A stretch of DNA of 64,000 bases from Pelagomonas calceolata (lineage: Eukaryota). The translations under genes and the position numbers were made by a program. The notes beneath the pieces are model-generated. The model saw nothing but the letters and a program-made list of their open reading frames with translations, did not search any database and was not told the origin of the DNA. Each line of letters begins with the position of its first letter. Position 1 is the first letter of the stretch. Where the stretch lies: contig CAKKNE010000005.1 of NCBI GenBank assembly GCA_918797485.1, forward strand, positions 4,030,001 through 4,094,000, read 5' to 3'. Below, in pieces: positions 45,206 to 56,252 of this stretch.

Positions 45206-45828
45206 CTATACGTTGTCGGCGGAGGGAGGCGCGTTCGCGTCGGCCGGGGACGTGGGCGAGGGCGGCGTCGTCTGCGTTTTTTTCTCGGCAGAGGAAGGCG
45301 CGCCCGGGCCGCGCGCGCAGCAGAACGTCTGTCGCTCCTTCTTGTTCATCTTGGTCTCATAGATCGCGCCATTTTCCAACTCATAAAACTGTGTCACTTG
45401 ACTAGATACGTCCTGCGCTTTTGGCAGCAATAATGGCCAGCCAAACCCTGGGATGCAGCACTTGCGGTAGTTCGTAATATACTCGACTGCTATCGCAAAT
45501 GCTAACCGAGAATATTCGCGCTCCAGGCGCCACTCCTTGTGTTTAGGAATTTTTGACTTACCAGCTTCTCTGTTGTGGTTTGAGACCACCCGTTTGATTT
45601 CCAACTCAAGGTGGTGAAACGCCATGCGAATCTGCGTCGGGATGAGATGCTCGCCCGCCAGGCGAGTTCGGGTTTGTCCATTTCCTTGAGTTTTTTCGAG
45701 GCGTGGCGCGGCAAAGGCGGCGGCGTTACCTCACCATCGTCATTATCATGGCGCGGCAAAGGCGGCGGCGTTACCTCACCATCGTCATCATCATCAAACC
45801 GCGCCTGATCAGGTGTCGCGTCCGACAT
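45206..45828 (-). pseudogene. Possible frameshifted or degenerate hypothetical gene
   Basis: Two overlapping same-strand ORFs (45502-45828, 45206-45625) with no obvious intron to join them; appears more AT-rich than neighbours. Confidence 0.3.
45704..45793. repeat. 45-bp tandem duplication (2 copies, 1 mismatch)
   Basis: TGGCGCGGCAAAGGCGGCGGCGTTACCTCACCATCGTCATYATCA x2, encoding D[DN]DDGEVTPPPLPRH on minus. Confidence 0.85.
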
Positions 45829-46109
45829 GACGCGGATATTCTTTTCGGCGCGCTAAAGTGGCTTAATCAATTCTTTTTTCGCCAACCCGATGGCGCGTTG
45901 AGCTTTCCCTCGCGTCCCCCTCGCGCCGCGTGCAAGGCGTGCTCTGCAGCTGCAATTATTGCCTCTTAAGCACAGGCCCGTGTTTTCAGCCTTGCGCGTC
46001 TCTGGCGAGTTGGTCTATAGCCCAAGTCTATCTCACGTCACGCGCGGGTGCGGTGGACCACTACACGGCGCTACGGGGGATAATGCAGATCCAAAACCCG
46101 GCACGAAAC

Positions 46110-47249
46110 TTAACTCCCCCCACCACTCGCCCCACAACACCCGGGGCAGTTGTGCAGCACCGTGTGCACGAACTCGTCGCAGTCCGCGCAGAACGCCGAC
46201 GAGCACCGCGGGCACGCGTACGCCTCCGCCGCGAGCGCCGCGCGGCAGCCGAAGCACTCGCCCTCGCCACTTTTCTCGACGAACATGGGCACGGGGAACA
46301 AGTGGTGGTGCGACCGCGCGAGGTGCGGCGCCGACACCAAGGGCAGATCGCAGACGGGGCACTCCGTCGGGATCGCCGCGACGCGCGTCTCGCAGCGCGG
46401 GCACGTGTACGTGGTCGCGGCCCAGACCGGCGGCCGATCGAGCGACACGGCCGCGGCGGCGCACTGGGGCGCCGGGTCCTTTCTGAGAGTTGGAAAGCCC
46501 ATCTCGACGAGCGGCTGCCGCTCCGAAAATTTTGCGGCGTCCTTGGCCGTGAGCGGCGGCGGCGGGATGCGCTCGGCCAGGATGCGGTCGAGGTGGCCTC
46601 TATCCAGCGCTACACTAAACGTCCCGCCCGACCGCTCCGCGAGCCTTCGCACGACGTACGGCTCCGCCGCCAAGTGGGCCACGTGCAAGCGACAGCCGTA
46701 GTGCAGCAACCGATCCGCCACGGGATCTAGTCCCGGTGCCGCGTCGCGCGTCGCCAGATTCGACGCGACCACCACGATCTCCCGCAGCGCATGTTCCGGG
46801 GCGCTTGACAATGCATCGAGAGCGCGCGACAACGCCACGGCTAGTGAGAGAGGACCCTTGGGCTGCGCCTTGGAGATGGCTGTCAAGGCATCCGCGTGGG
46901 ACCGCCGCGCGGACGACGGGTCCGATGCCACTTTGGCGCCGCCGTCGCGAGCCGCCACGACGCAGCACGCCCCGAGGGGGTTCGCCGCCAGCAGGTCGCC
47001 GCAGAACGTCGCCAGCGCGTCGCAGGCCGTTTTTAAGCGCGACGGCCGCGGATCCGGCTCCTTCGCGGCCTCGGAAGCATCGACAACCAGAGCCACATAC
47101 CTGATGAGTCCGCGCGCGACGCCGCCGGGCGCTTGCTGTCGCTTCCGTTTTTTCGTCTCTTGCTGGGCACTCCGCGCCTGCAGGCGGCCCTCGGCGTCCT
47201 CCTGGAGCGCGGCCCAGGCGCTATTGTCGGCCTTTTCCCAACGCTTCAT
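46110..47249 (-). CDS. GTF2H2: TFIIH subunit p44 (Ssl1)
   Basis: RGLIRYVALVVD vWA, EMGFP, YTCPRC..VAAIPTECPVCDLPLVSAPHLARS, C-terminal C4C4 finger. Confidence 0.92.
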   Translation of the reverse strand: MKRWEKADNSAWAALQEDAEGRLQARSAQQETKKRKRQQAPGGVARGLIRYVALVVDASEAAKEPDPRPSRLKTACDALATFCGDLLAANPLGACCVVAARDGGAKVASDPSSARRSHADALTAISKAQPKGPLSLAVALSRALDALSSAPEHALREIVVVASNLATRDAAPGLDPVADRLLHYGCRLHVAHLAAEPYVVRRLAERSGGTFSVALDRGHLDRILAERIPPPPLTAKDAAKFSERQPLVEMGFPTLRKDPAPQCAAAAVSLDRPPVWAATTYTCPRCETRVAAIPTECPVCDLPLVSAPHLARSHHHLFPVPMFVEKSGEGECFGCRAALAAEAYACPRCSSAFCADCDEFVHTVLHNCPGCCGASGGGS

Positions 47250-47510
47250 TTCGTTTTATGAACGCGGCGGCGGCGTTGGCGTCACGTCTTTTGTCCTCGC
47301 GCGCGGCGTCGCGCTGCTGGCGGAGCACCGCGCCGCGTCGCGCTGCTGGCGGAGCAGCAGGGTTGGGGGATGGGGAGAGCACAGCTTGCACGCTGGCGAG
47401 AGCCCGCAGCAATGATTTATTCGAGCGAGCGATGCTTGTAAGGTTATTTCGTCGCGCCAATGCGAGCTCTACAGGGCCGCGCGGTGCCGCGGCGCCGCGC
47501 TTGCCGCTTG

Positions 47511-47532
47511 CTAGTGTGTTACATGCCGCTAG
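47511..47532 (+). promoter_or_regulatory. Recurrent upstream motif copy CTAGTGTGTTACATGCCGCTAG
   Basis: Divergent p44/frataxin intergenic region; near-identical to the 14500 copy. Confidence 0.6.
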
Positions 47533-47744
47533 CAAGCACAGCCTCGGCAAAATTGCCATTTACGCGCGACCGGGGCCTATTTGTTACGACGAGACATTGC
47601 TGGCGTATACAAAACACAGCGCTGAGGCTCGTGTGTGTGAAGACCGCAGTTTCAGAGAGGCCCCAGCGGCCACAGACTAAGGTTGGCTCCTGACTGCTGC
47701 AGCCAGCCGGACCGCCTGCCGTGCCCAGAGACCACACACAGACC

Positions 47745-48251
47745 ATGCTGCTGCGCCAGGCGCTCTCCCGCACCCGGCAAGCGCTGCGGCGGCCCCAGGC
47801 CAGACGCATCACGCACCGCGAGGAGGGCCGCAAATTACCGAGAGAAATGGTCGCGGCCATGACGGCCGACGGCGACGCGAGTTCATATTTTGAGAGCATG
47901 CGGTCAAGGGTAGCGGCATCAGGCGCCACGCGCGCGGCGTCGTCGGCGGCGGGCGACGACTACGTCGCTCTAGCTGACGAGGCCCTCGACAATATCTTGG
48001 AGAAGGCCGACGAGCTGAGCGATGCGAGAGACGACGTCGAGTGCGAGCTTTCCAGCGGCGTCCTGACCCTCAAAATAGCGGGAACAGGCACCTGGGTGCT
48101 AAACAAACAGGTTCCGAATAGACAGCTCTGGCTCTCGTCTCCACTGTCCGGCCCGTGCCGCTACGAATATGATGGAGAGAAGTGGACGCACACGCGGGAC
48201 GGGTCCTCGCTTGCTGAATTACTAGAGAGAGAGCTCGGACTAATAATGTGA
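47745..48251 (+). CDS. FXN: Frataxin, mitochondrial
   Basis: Arg-rich presequence; SGVLTL...GTWVLNKQVPNRQLWLSSPLSGP. Confidence 0.92.
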   Translation: MLLRQALSRTRQALRRPQARRITHREEGRKLPREMVAAMTADGDASSYFESMRSRVAASGATRAASSAAGDDYVALADEALDNILEKADELSDARDDVECELSSGVLTLKIAGTGTWVLNKQVPNRQLWLSSPLSGPCRYEYDGEKWTHTRDGSSLAELLERELGLIM

Positions 48252-48252
48252 C

Positions 48253-49305
48253 TTATAGCTGTAATCCTAGATCTTCCCCCAAACCCAACATGATGTTCAG
48301 GTTCTGGACGGCCGCGCCGGAAGCGCCCTTGCCCAGGTTGTCGAGCCTCGCGACTAAGCAGGCGGTCCCTCGCGCGTCGTTGTCGAACACAAATAACTCC
48401 AGACCGTTCGACCCGTTGAGCTTTTCTGGTTCCAAGAAAGCGCCTCTCTCGAGAAGATTAGCGTCCGTGGCCCCCGATAACCCGCGCGGCATGACCTTGA
48501 CGAAATTAGAACCGGCATAATGCGCTTGTAAAGCTGCGTGCAATTGATCACCTTTGGCGACGCCCGAACAATCTCTGGAATAGACAACGGGCACGGAGAT
48601 GACCATGCCCTGCGCAAAGGCGCCGACCGCCGGCAGGAAGACCGGCGGCTCCTCCAACCGGCCATGAAAGGCCATCTCCGGTAAATGTTTGTGGTCGAGG
48701 TTCCAGCCGTAGGCGCCCCAGGGCTCGTGGCTTTGTTCTTCAAACACGGCCGTCAATTGCTTGCCGCCCCCCGAGTAACCGGACACGGCGGAGCAGGCCA
48801 GTCGCGCCTCCGGCTTCAAGAGACCGGCATCCACCAGAGGTCGGGTGACCGCAATAAAACCCGTCGCGTAGCAGCCGGGGTTCGCCACACGTGTGGACGA
48901 CGCGATCTTCGACCGCTGCGCCGCGTCGAGCTCGGGGAAGCCGTAGACCCACTTATCATCAATCCTATGGGCGGTGCTTGCGTCGACTATTTTCGTGTCC
49001 GTGCCCTCTGCTAGTTGGACCGCTTCCCTCGCGGCGTCGTCCGGTAAGCATAACACGACGGCGTCGGCCTCGGCGATGGCTTCTTTGCGCGCGGCGGCGT
49101 CCTTTCTTCTGGCTGGGTCGATCGACAGGACTTCTATGTCCGGGTGCGTGGCGAGTCGATCTAATACTTGTAAACCGGTGGTGCCCGCCTCGCCGTCGAT
49201 GAAGACGGTCTTCTTCGCTTGTAAGGAAGCGGCGCGCGGCGACTGGCGTGTCGGCGCGACGAGGGCTGAGGCTGCAGCAGCCAGGAGAAGGAGCTGGCGG
49301 GGCAT
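48253..49305 (-). CDS. argC: N-acetyl-gamma-glutamyl-phosphate reductase (type 2), plastid-targeted
   Basis: VFIDGEAGTTGL, DASTAHR, ANPGCYATG, SGYSGGG, ARLDNLGKGASGAAVQN; presequence AAASA-LVAP. Confidence 0.93.
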   Translation of the reverse strand: MPRQLLLLAAAASALVAPTRQSPRAASLQAKKTVFIDGEAGTTGLQVLDRLATHPDIEVLSIDPARRKDAAARKEAIAEADAVVLCLPDDAAREAVQLAEGTDTKIVDASTAHRIDDKWVYGFPELDAAQRSKIASSTRVANPGCYATGFIAVTRPLVDAGLLKPEARLACSAVSGYSGGGKQLTAVFEEQSHEPWGAYGWNLDHKHLPEMAFHGRLEEPPVFLPAVGAFAQGMVISVPVVYSRDCSGVAKGDQLHAALQAHYAGSNFVKVMPRGLSGATDANLLERGAFLEPEKLNGSNGLELFVFDNDARGTACLVARLDNLGKGASGAAVQNLNIMLGLGEDLGLQL

Positions 49306-49435
49306 CGCTGGGCGGCGCGCGCTGGCGGCGAGGTGTGTTGTATGGCTTGGAGAGAAGCTGATAACTCGCTCCGGTGCTCTCGTTTGCAGCTCTTGCTCCC
49401 TTTTTGCGCCAGGAGAGCTAGAATCCGGCTGCTCT

Positions 49436-49457
49436 CTAGTGTGTTACCGTCCGCTAG
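49436..49457 (+). promoter_or_regulatory. Recurrent upstream motif copy CTAGTGTGTTACCGTCCGCTAG
   Basis: Divergent argC/ZNHIT intergenic region. Confidence 0.6.
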
Positions 49458-49649
49458 CGTCAAAAACAACGGACGACGCGGCGTTTTGACGCCTTAGGCA
49501 TTGTCTGATAAGCTGTGTGACACGTAGGTTTCATCGCTCAAACACGCCTACAGCTGCGACCGGCGACGCGGCACGCTCCACGCTACTTGGTAGTACAACA
49601 AGACAGCAGCTGAGACTGCACAACCAATGAGCAGCCGCGCGACAAAAAG

Positions 49650-50909
49650 ATGAGCCGCCAGCTCCTCCAGCACACAAGACACACGCAGTACAAAACAACA
49701 AGAAGAGATGCGGAGCCCACGCCAGCGACGGCTAACAACGCGTGCAGCGTCTGCCAGGCCAACGCCGGCCGCTATGCGTGCCCGCGCTGCGGCGCGACGT
49801 ACTGCTCGCTAGAATGCTTTAGAAACCACGGCGACCGCTGCTCCGAGGGCTTCTTCAAAGAAAGGGTGAAGGCCGCATTGGCCCAGGAGCCGCAAAAGAA
49901 AGCGCGCTGGGTCGGCGATCTCCTCAAGGGGGCGCCTTCTCCAGAAATCGACGAGGCGCGGCTCTTGCAGTTGCTCGATGGGTCTGTACAACCTACAAAA
50001 GCCGAGGAGCAACTTGTTTTGAGAGCCATCGCGAACGGGGAACTCGAGTCGGAGCCGTGGGCGCCCTGGTGGTGTGATTTGGGCCGGCTCGACGACGACC
50101 TCGCGGCCTGTGCGTCGAAGTACGACGCTCTTTCATCCGAAGCGTTGCGCGACGCCGACGCCGCGCGACGATTGTACGAGGCCGAACGGAGCGCGGAAAC
50201 AACCGAGGCCGACGCGCCGGGCGGCGAGGTGACCAGAGCTCGGGTCCTGGCGCGCTCATCAAAGGCGCCGCCCCTCTGGCTCCTCGTCTGGGCGCCGTCC
50301 GATGCAGAGCATGCAGAGAGCGTCGCGCGCGTCTGCCGCGACAACCTGAACGCGACGGCGGCGCCGGCGCCCTCGGTCGCGAGCGCCCTCTACGCGTACT
50401 GCGCCGCCGCGCGCGCCTTCGACGGCTTTCACCTCGACGAGGGCGCCGCGGCGGACGCGTGGCTCGCGGCGTGTCCCGCCGTGGCGCGCGACGAGCGGCC
50501 CGAGACCGTGGCGGCGGCACTCGTCGATGCGGAGCGGCGGGCGATCGCCGCCGGCCTGGCGTCGAAGGGCGGCCACGCGGCGCTCGCCCGTGACGCGGCG
50601 GCGATCCTGGGCGCGGGGCCGCGCGCCGTCGCCGCGGCGCTCCTCGACGCGTGGGCCTGCATCGCGCGCCACCGCGCGGCGCCGAAGCGCGTCCGACGGA
50701 AGATCCGCTACCTGGCGTGCTGGTGCGGCGCGCCCGTCGCCGCGAAGGCGCTGGCCGACGCGCGCGAGGCGTGCCTGGCCGTGCGCATTCCTGAAGAAGA
50801 CGCGCCGCTGCCGGCGCTCGTGGACCTGTCGCTTTCATCATCGAAGCCGTCGAAGCCGGTCGTTGTGAAGAGTGATTGCGCGTTTCGCGACTACGACGCG
50901 CCCGATTAA
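49650..50909 (+). CDS. zf-HIT protein (ZNHIT2-like)
   Basis: CSVC...YACPRCGATYCSLECFRNH..CSEGFFKERV; WAPWW. Confidence 0.8.
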   Translation: MSRQLLQHTRHTQYKTTRRDAEPTPATANNACSVCQANAGRYACPRCGATYCSLECFRNHGDRCSEGFFKERVKAALAQEPQKKARWVGDLLKGAPSPEIDEARLLQLLDGSVQPTKAEEQLVLRAIANGELESEPWAPWWCDLGRLDDDLAACASKYDALSSEALRDADAARRLYEAERSAETTEADAPGGEVTRARVLARSSKAPPLWLLVWAPSDAEHAESVARVCRDNLNATAAPAPSVASALYAYCAAARAFDGFHLDEGAAADAWLAACPAVARDERPETVAAALVDAERRAIAAGLASKGGHAALARDAAAILGAGPRAVAAALLDAWACIARHRAAPKRVRRKIRYLACWCGAPVAAKALADAREACLAVRIPEEDAPLPALVDLSLSSSKPSKPVVVKSDCAFRDYDAPD

Positions 50910-50947
50910 CTGTCTGTTACCTACTATGTACATTAAACAGCGGCGCG

Positions 50948-51451
50948 CTACGCCGCGGGCGGCGCCCGGATCTCGCGCGCGAGCCCCGCCGGGTCCCACT
51001 CCTTGTTCGCCTTCCAATCCGCACCCTCGTCCGCATAGACCTCCTGCTTCCAGACCGGGACGACGCGCTTCAGCTCGTCGATGGCCCAGGCGCACGCGTT
51101 TAACGCGTCTTTCCGGTGCGGCGACGCGAACGCGAGGACGACGGAGGCCTCTCCAATTTTCACCTCGCCCACTCTATGCAAAGCGCAGGCCTTCTTGATG
51201 CCGTAGGCCCGTCGCGCCTCCCGTAGAATTTCGCGCATCTTGCTCTCCGCCATAGGCGCGTACGCCTCGTACATGAGCGTCCGCACGGGCCTTCCGTCAA
51301 AGTTGTTGCGCGTCGTGCCGAGGAATGTTGATATGGCGCCGCAGTCTCCACTCGTCACGAAGGCGACGGCTTCGTCGTGCGAGAGCGGTTCCGATTGCAC
51401 GCGGCAGAGGTCGAGGTCGTCGCCATCAGTCTGCGCGGCTTGCGCCGCCAT
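50948..51451 (-). CDS. MOCS2B: Molybdopterin synthase catalytic subunit (MoaE/MOCS2B)
   Basis: GAISTFLGTTR, YEAY.PMA, HRVG....GEASV, SPHR, IDELK..VPVWKQE, WKANKE. Confidence 0.92.
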   Translation of the reverse strand: MAAQAAQTDGDDLDLCRVQSEPLSHDEAVAFVTSGDCGAISTFLGTTRNNFDGRPVRTLMYEAYAPMAESKMREILREARRAYGIKKACALHRVGEVKIGEASVVLAFASPHRKDALNACAWAIDELKRVVPVWKQEVYADEGADWKANKEWDPAGLAREIRAPPAA

Positions 51452-51939
51452 GGGCTGCTTGCGGCGGCGGCGTGCGCGTGAGAGCGCTGCAAAAGCGCTC
51501 TGTACGAGGCGTGCGAGCGGGTCCGGTTGGTCGCTCTGGCCGCACAGGCGAGTGCACAGGCGAGTGCAGTGTCGCTCTACGAGCTGCTGCGCGAAATCGA
51601 TGGAGTTTCGCAGCGAGCACAGTAGATGAGCAGCGAATAAGCGTTTTCACGATTGTGCTATCCGATCGATGTCTGCGCACTGCAGCCTGCTGTGCTTGTT
51701 AGTGCCTCATTTGACGCTAGCTCTCGCAGTGCCGCATCGGCCGCATCGGCCAACTGAGCGCTTGAGTGAGTGCTTTACTCATCCAACGACTCCTCGCTGC
51801 GTTTTGTCCACTCGTGTGGGGCCTAGGGCACACATAACACATCTGCACGGTCCTGCTTGTTTCACAGCTGTGCACAGGTGTGTCGCTGCAGCGAACAGGA
51901 CGCGAACGACGTTTCTCGATCATGCGGTCGACACTCTCG

Positions 51940-52700
51940 ATGATCCGTCTGCTTGCAATTGCAGCGGTCGCGACAGCGTACGGGCCGGCGACGGCCGGTC
52001 GCGGCGGCGCCATTCGAATCGTCGTCGGCAGCGGCACGAGCTCTGTGCCACGCGGCGGAGGCGGCCTCATACCCACCAAACCGAAGCCGCTCCTCAAGGA
52101 AGCGGCCATCGACCTCTCGATCATGGGCGCCGCGCAATTGTTCTTCCGGCGGACGCACTGCACAAACGCGAGAACGTGTGAACTCGCGCGGGCCGTCGTC
52201 GCGTGCCGCGCGTTTTTTGTTACGGTCCAGAGCTATTTATTAGCCATATACGTCCGCCAGCTCGGCGTCGCGCGTTCAATGAAGCAGAGTGCGGTAGTGA
52301 AGGAGGACCTGTTCCGGATGCGGGTGCGTCTCACGAAGGCGTCGGTGAAAGCTGTGTTCTTGCTGGCCGTCCACCTCCACTTCGGCCTCATGCCGCCGCT
52401 GGTGGTCTCATGCGTCACGGCGGTCGTCGCGCTCCCGTATTGGTGGGACCGCGAGAGTTCCTACCTGGGCCGAAATCAAATCTCACGGCGCCTTAATCGC
52501 CGCCGCAATCCCTCTACGCCATCGACGCGTCGTCTCATCGAGTCTGCGCAGGTTCCTACATCGCCAAGTACGGCCGGCGCCACGGCCAGCTGTTCTGGGC
52601 CGCCTTCGCCGTCGGCCTAGGAACAGCCGTGGCATACCTCACGAGCCACCCGGAGATCGACCTCTCGGTCGTCGCAGCCCTACTAAGGATAACTAAGTAA
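51940..52700 (+). CDS. Membrane protein, weakly Pho88/SND3-like; intron 52457-52551
   Basis: Signal peptide; VHLHFGLMPPLVVSCV; splicing extends the frame to TAA at 52698-52700. Confidence 0.45.
52457..52551 (+). mobile_element. Short introner (95-nt intron)
   Basis: Perfect TSD GTTCCTAC (52457-52464, 52552-52559); decayed TIR CTGGGCCGAAATCAA; ACGCCATCGACGCG core. Confidence 0.8.
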
Positions 52701-52706
52701 CACTCT

Positions 52707-55047
52707 TTATGATAAGCCGTCCCCGAGCTCGGGCATGCCCGGCATGGTCTTGCCCTTGGGCACGCCGAGTAGCTTGCGCATCGCGGGGTAGTCCCTTTTT
52801 GCCACCTTCTTCGCCCACGTTCTTATATCTTTCTTCGACAGGTTCTTGCCCCAGAAGTCCTTCGGATTTTGATATTTGACCTCCTCGTTGATGGAACCGG
52901 TGGTCTTGACCTCTTCCTTCACTTTGGCCTCGCGCTTCTTCTTCCCGATCTTCAGCTTCTTGTCCTCGGCCTCGCCGTCGCAGGTTAGTTTACCGGCTTC
53001 GACGAGCCACTGTTCACTACACAAAGGTTTGTAGAACTCCTCGGCGTGCGAGATCATGACGACGCCTCCCCCGAAGTCGCGGATCGCGTTCGACAGCGCC
53101 CCCAGACTATCCCTGTCCAGGAAGTTCGTCGGCTCGTCCAATATGAGTAAGTGAGGCCTATTCCACATGGCCGCCGCCAGTACCAACTTGACTTTTTGAC
53201 CCCCTGATAAGCCTCGTACCTTACCGTACGTCCCGTACTCCTGCGGTAGGCCGAACTCATCGAGATGCGCTTGGAGCTCCTTGACCGTGACATTAATTAA
53301 ATCCAAACCGGCAGCGCGCGCCGCGACCAACATGTCGTACTTCAACACCTCCTCGGCGTGGCCCGTCCGCTCCAACCTATCTTTATCGATATGCAGGTTG
53401 TGCTTCTCGGCCCGGTCCCACCACTTCACCTCGTACTCCACGACGCCGCCCTTTTCTCTTCTACCCATGATTTTTTCAAACGAATGAGGTAGGGGTCGAG
53501 GGGGCTCCCGGTCGGGGTCCTCCTGAGCTTGCTGCCGCTTCAACTCCACTAGTTTCGTTTGGAGCTGCTCCTCGTCGATGTACTTCCCGAAGCGCCACTG
53601 GAGGTACTCGCACGGGCTTCTGTCTAGATGCTGCTCGATGTGGTGGAACGAGTGCTGCGCGACGTAGGCTATCCGTAAGTTATGATGGCGCCACAGGCAT
53701 TCCCCATTATCAGGGCCGTTCTCACCAACAACAAGCTTAATAAGTGTAGATTTGCCCGCGCCGTTCTGGCCCAAGACCACGACTCGTGAACCAAGTGTCA
53801 ACTTACAAGACGCATCGACAAGTGTAGGCTGGTCCCGACCCGGCCACGTGAAGGTAGCGCCGTCCAGTTTCAGGATGGCCTTGGTCGTACTGTTAATCCC
53901 TTCCAACCGGCCCGGCGCCGGGAAGGCATAGCGCGTAGACGATTCCTCGAGCCGGTAATACGCGGCCGCCGCCGGGACCTTGGCCACGAACTCGGACAGG
54001 TTACCGCGATACCTCACGAGTTTTTTGGATTCGTAATGAATAATGTCCGTGCAGACCGCGTCCAAAAAGGCCGTGTCGTGACTGACGATCATGCAGCACG
54101 CTCGCGTCGTCGTTAAGTAGGCAACTAACCACTCGATACTTTTCTTATCTAAATGATTGGTAGGTTCATCCAGTAACAAGATGTCGGCGTCCATCAGGGC
54201 TGCTACGACCAACGACAGCTTCATGCGCCAGCCTCCGGATAGTGATGCTACCGGGGCATTGAGTAACTCGTCCGTGAACCCTACTGATTTCAACAATTCT
54301 AACGCATTTGTTTCGTCGGCGACCTGCCTTTCCACCAATCTCGGGCGCGAGCAGACCCACTTGAGGACGGGCTTCGAGTCCTGCGCGGGAACGACGCTCG
54401 TGTGATCGTGATGACGCCATCGACGCATCGACGCGACGCCATCGCCGCGACCGCGTCACGTTCAAGGTTCATAGATACGCCGCGTCGCGGACGTCGGGGT
54501 CCTCGTCCGCGTGCGACTCGACGAAAACAGAACACAAGTCCGGATCTAGGCCTTCGATCTTCCCGTTGTCGACGTTGCGCATGAGCGTCGTCTTCCCGAC
54601 GCCGTTCTTGCCGCAAATACCGTACCTTCGTCCACATTTCAAGAATAATCGAGTGTTATGTAACAAGAGTTTCCCCCCATAAGCTAAGGAAAACTCGACG
54701 TCGCAAGCCGTTTTTAAGTCAGGGTCTAAATCAGCGCCCCAGGTGTCCACTACTTTTTCTTTCCACCGATCCATGCAAGACTGCCTGTAGGCCGTGCCGA
54801 CCGCTTGCGCGTCGTCAGGACATACACTTTCGAAGTGGACCGTACAACATCTCCGCCACGTCTCCGAGTCCCAGATCTGCTCGCCGCAGAGATAGGAACA
54901 CAAACCGGCGACATATGAAATGACGGGATCCGCCTTGGACGTCAAATCGGCCTTGACAGACGTGATGCACTCCTTCAGCACCTTCTGGGCCTCGTCGTGC
55001 TTGACGAGCTGGCAGTCGATCATGCCGAAGGAGTCGACCTTCCTCAT
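52707..55047 (-). CDS. eEF3/New1-like ABCF ATPase; intron 54381-54492
   Basis: FSLAYGGKLLL, GKNGVGKTT, LSGGWRMK, LDEPTNHLD, FPAPGRLEGI, IAYVAQHSFHH, chromodomain-like EYEVKW, LSGGQKVK. Confidence 0.88.
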
Positions 55048-55460
55048 GGTTGCTGTCGCCGTCGCTCGTTTGAGTTTTGCAGGCGGCAGCGGCAGCTAGC
55101 TTGTTGGCGCGGCGTTACCGGGGCGGATGCTTGCGCAAGCGCGAGGTAGCCTTAGCACGCGTCGCGAAAGCACGTTTGCGCGCTGGACTCTGCACCAGTC
55201 GCCGCACAAATGCCGATTTGATGACAGTGTTTTGAGCAAATTGCATCGCCCGCCCGCCATTTTTTGAGGAGCCGTCGGCCGGCCGGAGCCGTCCAGGCAC
55301 GCGTCTGGCCAAGGCTAAAAGGCCGAGACGCTTGCGCAGCACCGCACGACTCTGAGGTGCTTGGAGCTGGAGCTGATTGCAGCCGTGCCTCAGCGCGCCG
55401 CGCGACGCGATCGACGCGAGACCGGTGCTATAACTGACACGACAATACGCTGCGGATGCG

Positions 55461-56252
55461 ATGAGGCAGGCTGGGCGATCTGTGCTAGCGATGTTGGCGC
55501 TGCTCCGGAGTGCTAGGCCGCTGGTGCCCAAGCAAGCAGTGCGCTGCCTCGCGCGGCGGCCCGTGAAGAAGCGACCGACGATCAGCATGGCCCTGTGCGC
55601 AGCGGCGTCACGCGCAAGCACTTTGATTCATGAACCGAGTCGCGACGCCGTCGACCCGAGAGAGCGGCGTTGCCAGAGAGAGTCATCACACAGGCGCGGG
55701 CGCCCCGGCGCACAGAAGCGCGAACAAATCGTACTACCGCCGCTGAACGAGAAGATCATCCAGCCGTTACTCCGAGTGGTCGTGGATCGCGGCGAGGCCG
55801 ATGACGAGGTATTAGGTATCATCACGCGGGACGAAGCGCTAGAGCGCGCGAGGGAAGAAGGCGTTGATTTGGTCATGATTGCGGAGAAGAGCGACCCGCC
55901 GGTCTGCAAGATCGTCGACTATGGTAAACTGAGATACCAGAAGGACAAGAAGAAAAAAGAACAAGCGAAAAAGGCGAAAACGAATGAAATCAAAGAAGTA
56001 AAAATGTCCTACAAAATTGGGGAAGGCGATTACGACGTGCGGAAGAAGCGCGCGGACAAATTCATCAAGAACGGCAATCGCGTGAAGCTGTCGATCCAGT
56101 TTCGGGGGCGCGAGCAGCAGCACATGTCGTTGGGCGACGATCTGATCGCGCGCTTTATTGATGATCTGGAGGAGGCCGGCGCGAACATCGCGAAGACCAA
56201 AACTATTAGGGAGGGCAGGGATCTGACGACGATCCTGTCGCAGAAGTCGTAA
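55461..56252 (+). CDS. infC: Organellar translation initiation factor IF3
   Basis: LNEKI, LDL-like VDLVMIA...PPVCKIVDYGK, KEVKMSYKI...DY, VKLSIQFRGRE; start uncertain, possible in-frame intron ~55607-55693. Confidence 0.88.
   Translation: MRQAGRSVLAMLALLRSARPLVPKQAVRCLARRPVKKRPTISMALCAAASRASTLIHEPSRDAVDPRERRCQRESSHRRGRPGAQKREQIVLPPLNEKIIQPLLRVVVDRGEADDEVLGIITRDEALERAREEGVDLVMIAEKSDPPVCKIVDYGKLRYQKDKKKKEQAKKAKTNEIKEVKMSYKIGEGDYDVRKKRADKFIKNGNRVKLSIQFRGREQQHMSLGDDLIARFIDDLEEAGANIAKTKTIREGRDLTTILSQKS

Noticed and set aside
50948..51700. Possible bicistronic MOCS2A/MOCS2B arrangement as in mammals
   Set aside because: No upstream MoaD-like ORF ending in Gly-Gly was found
32784..56252. Bacterial-looking genes (gltB, mfd, argC, infC) suggesting a prokaryotic contig or recent HGT
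   Set aside because: They have organellar presequences, some have spliceosomal introns, and they sit among eukaryote-specific genes (RPL28, TFIIH p44, P4-ATPase)
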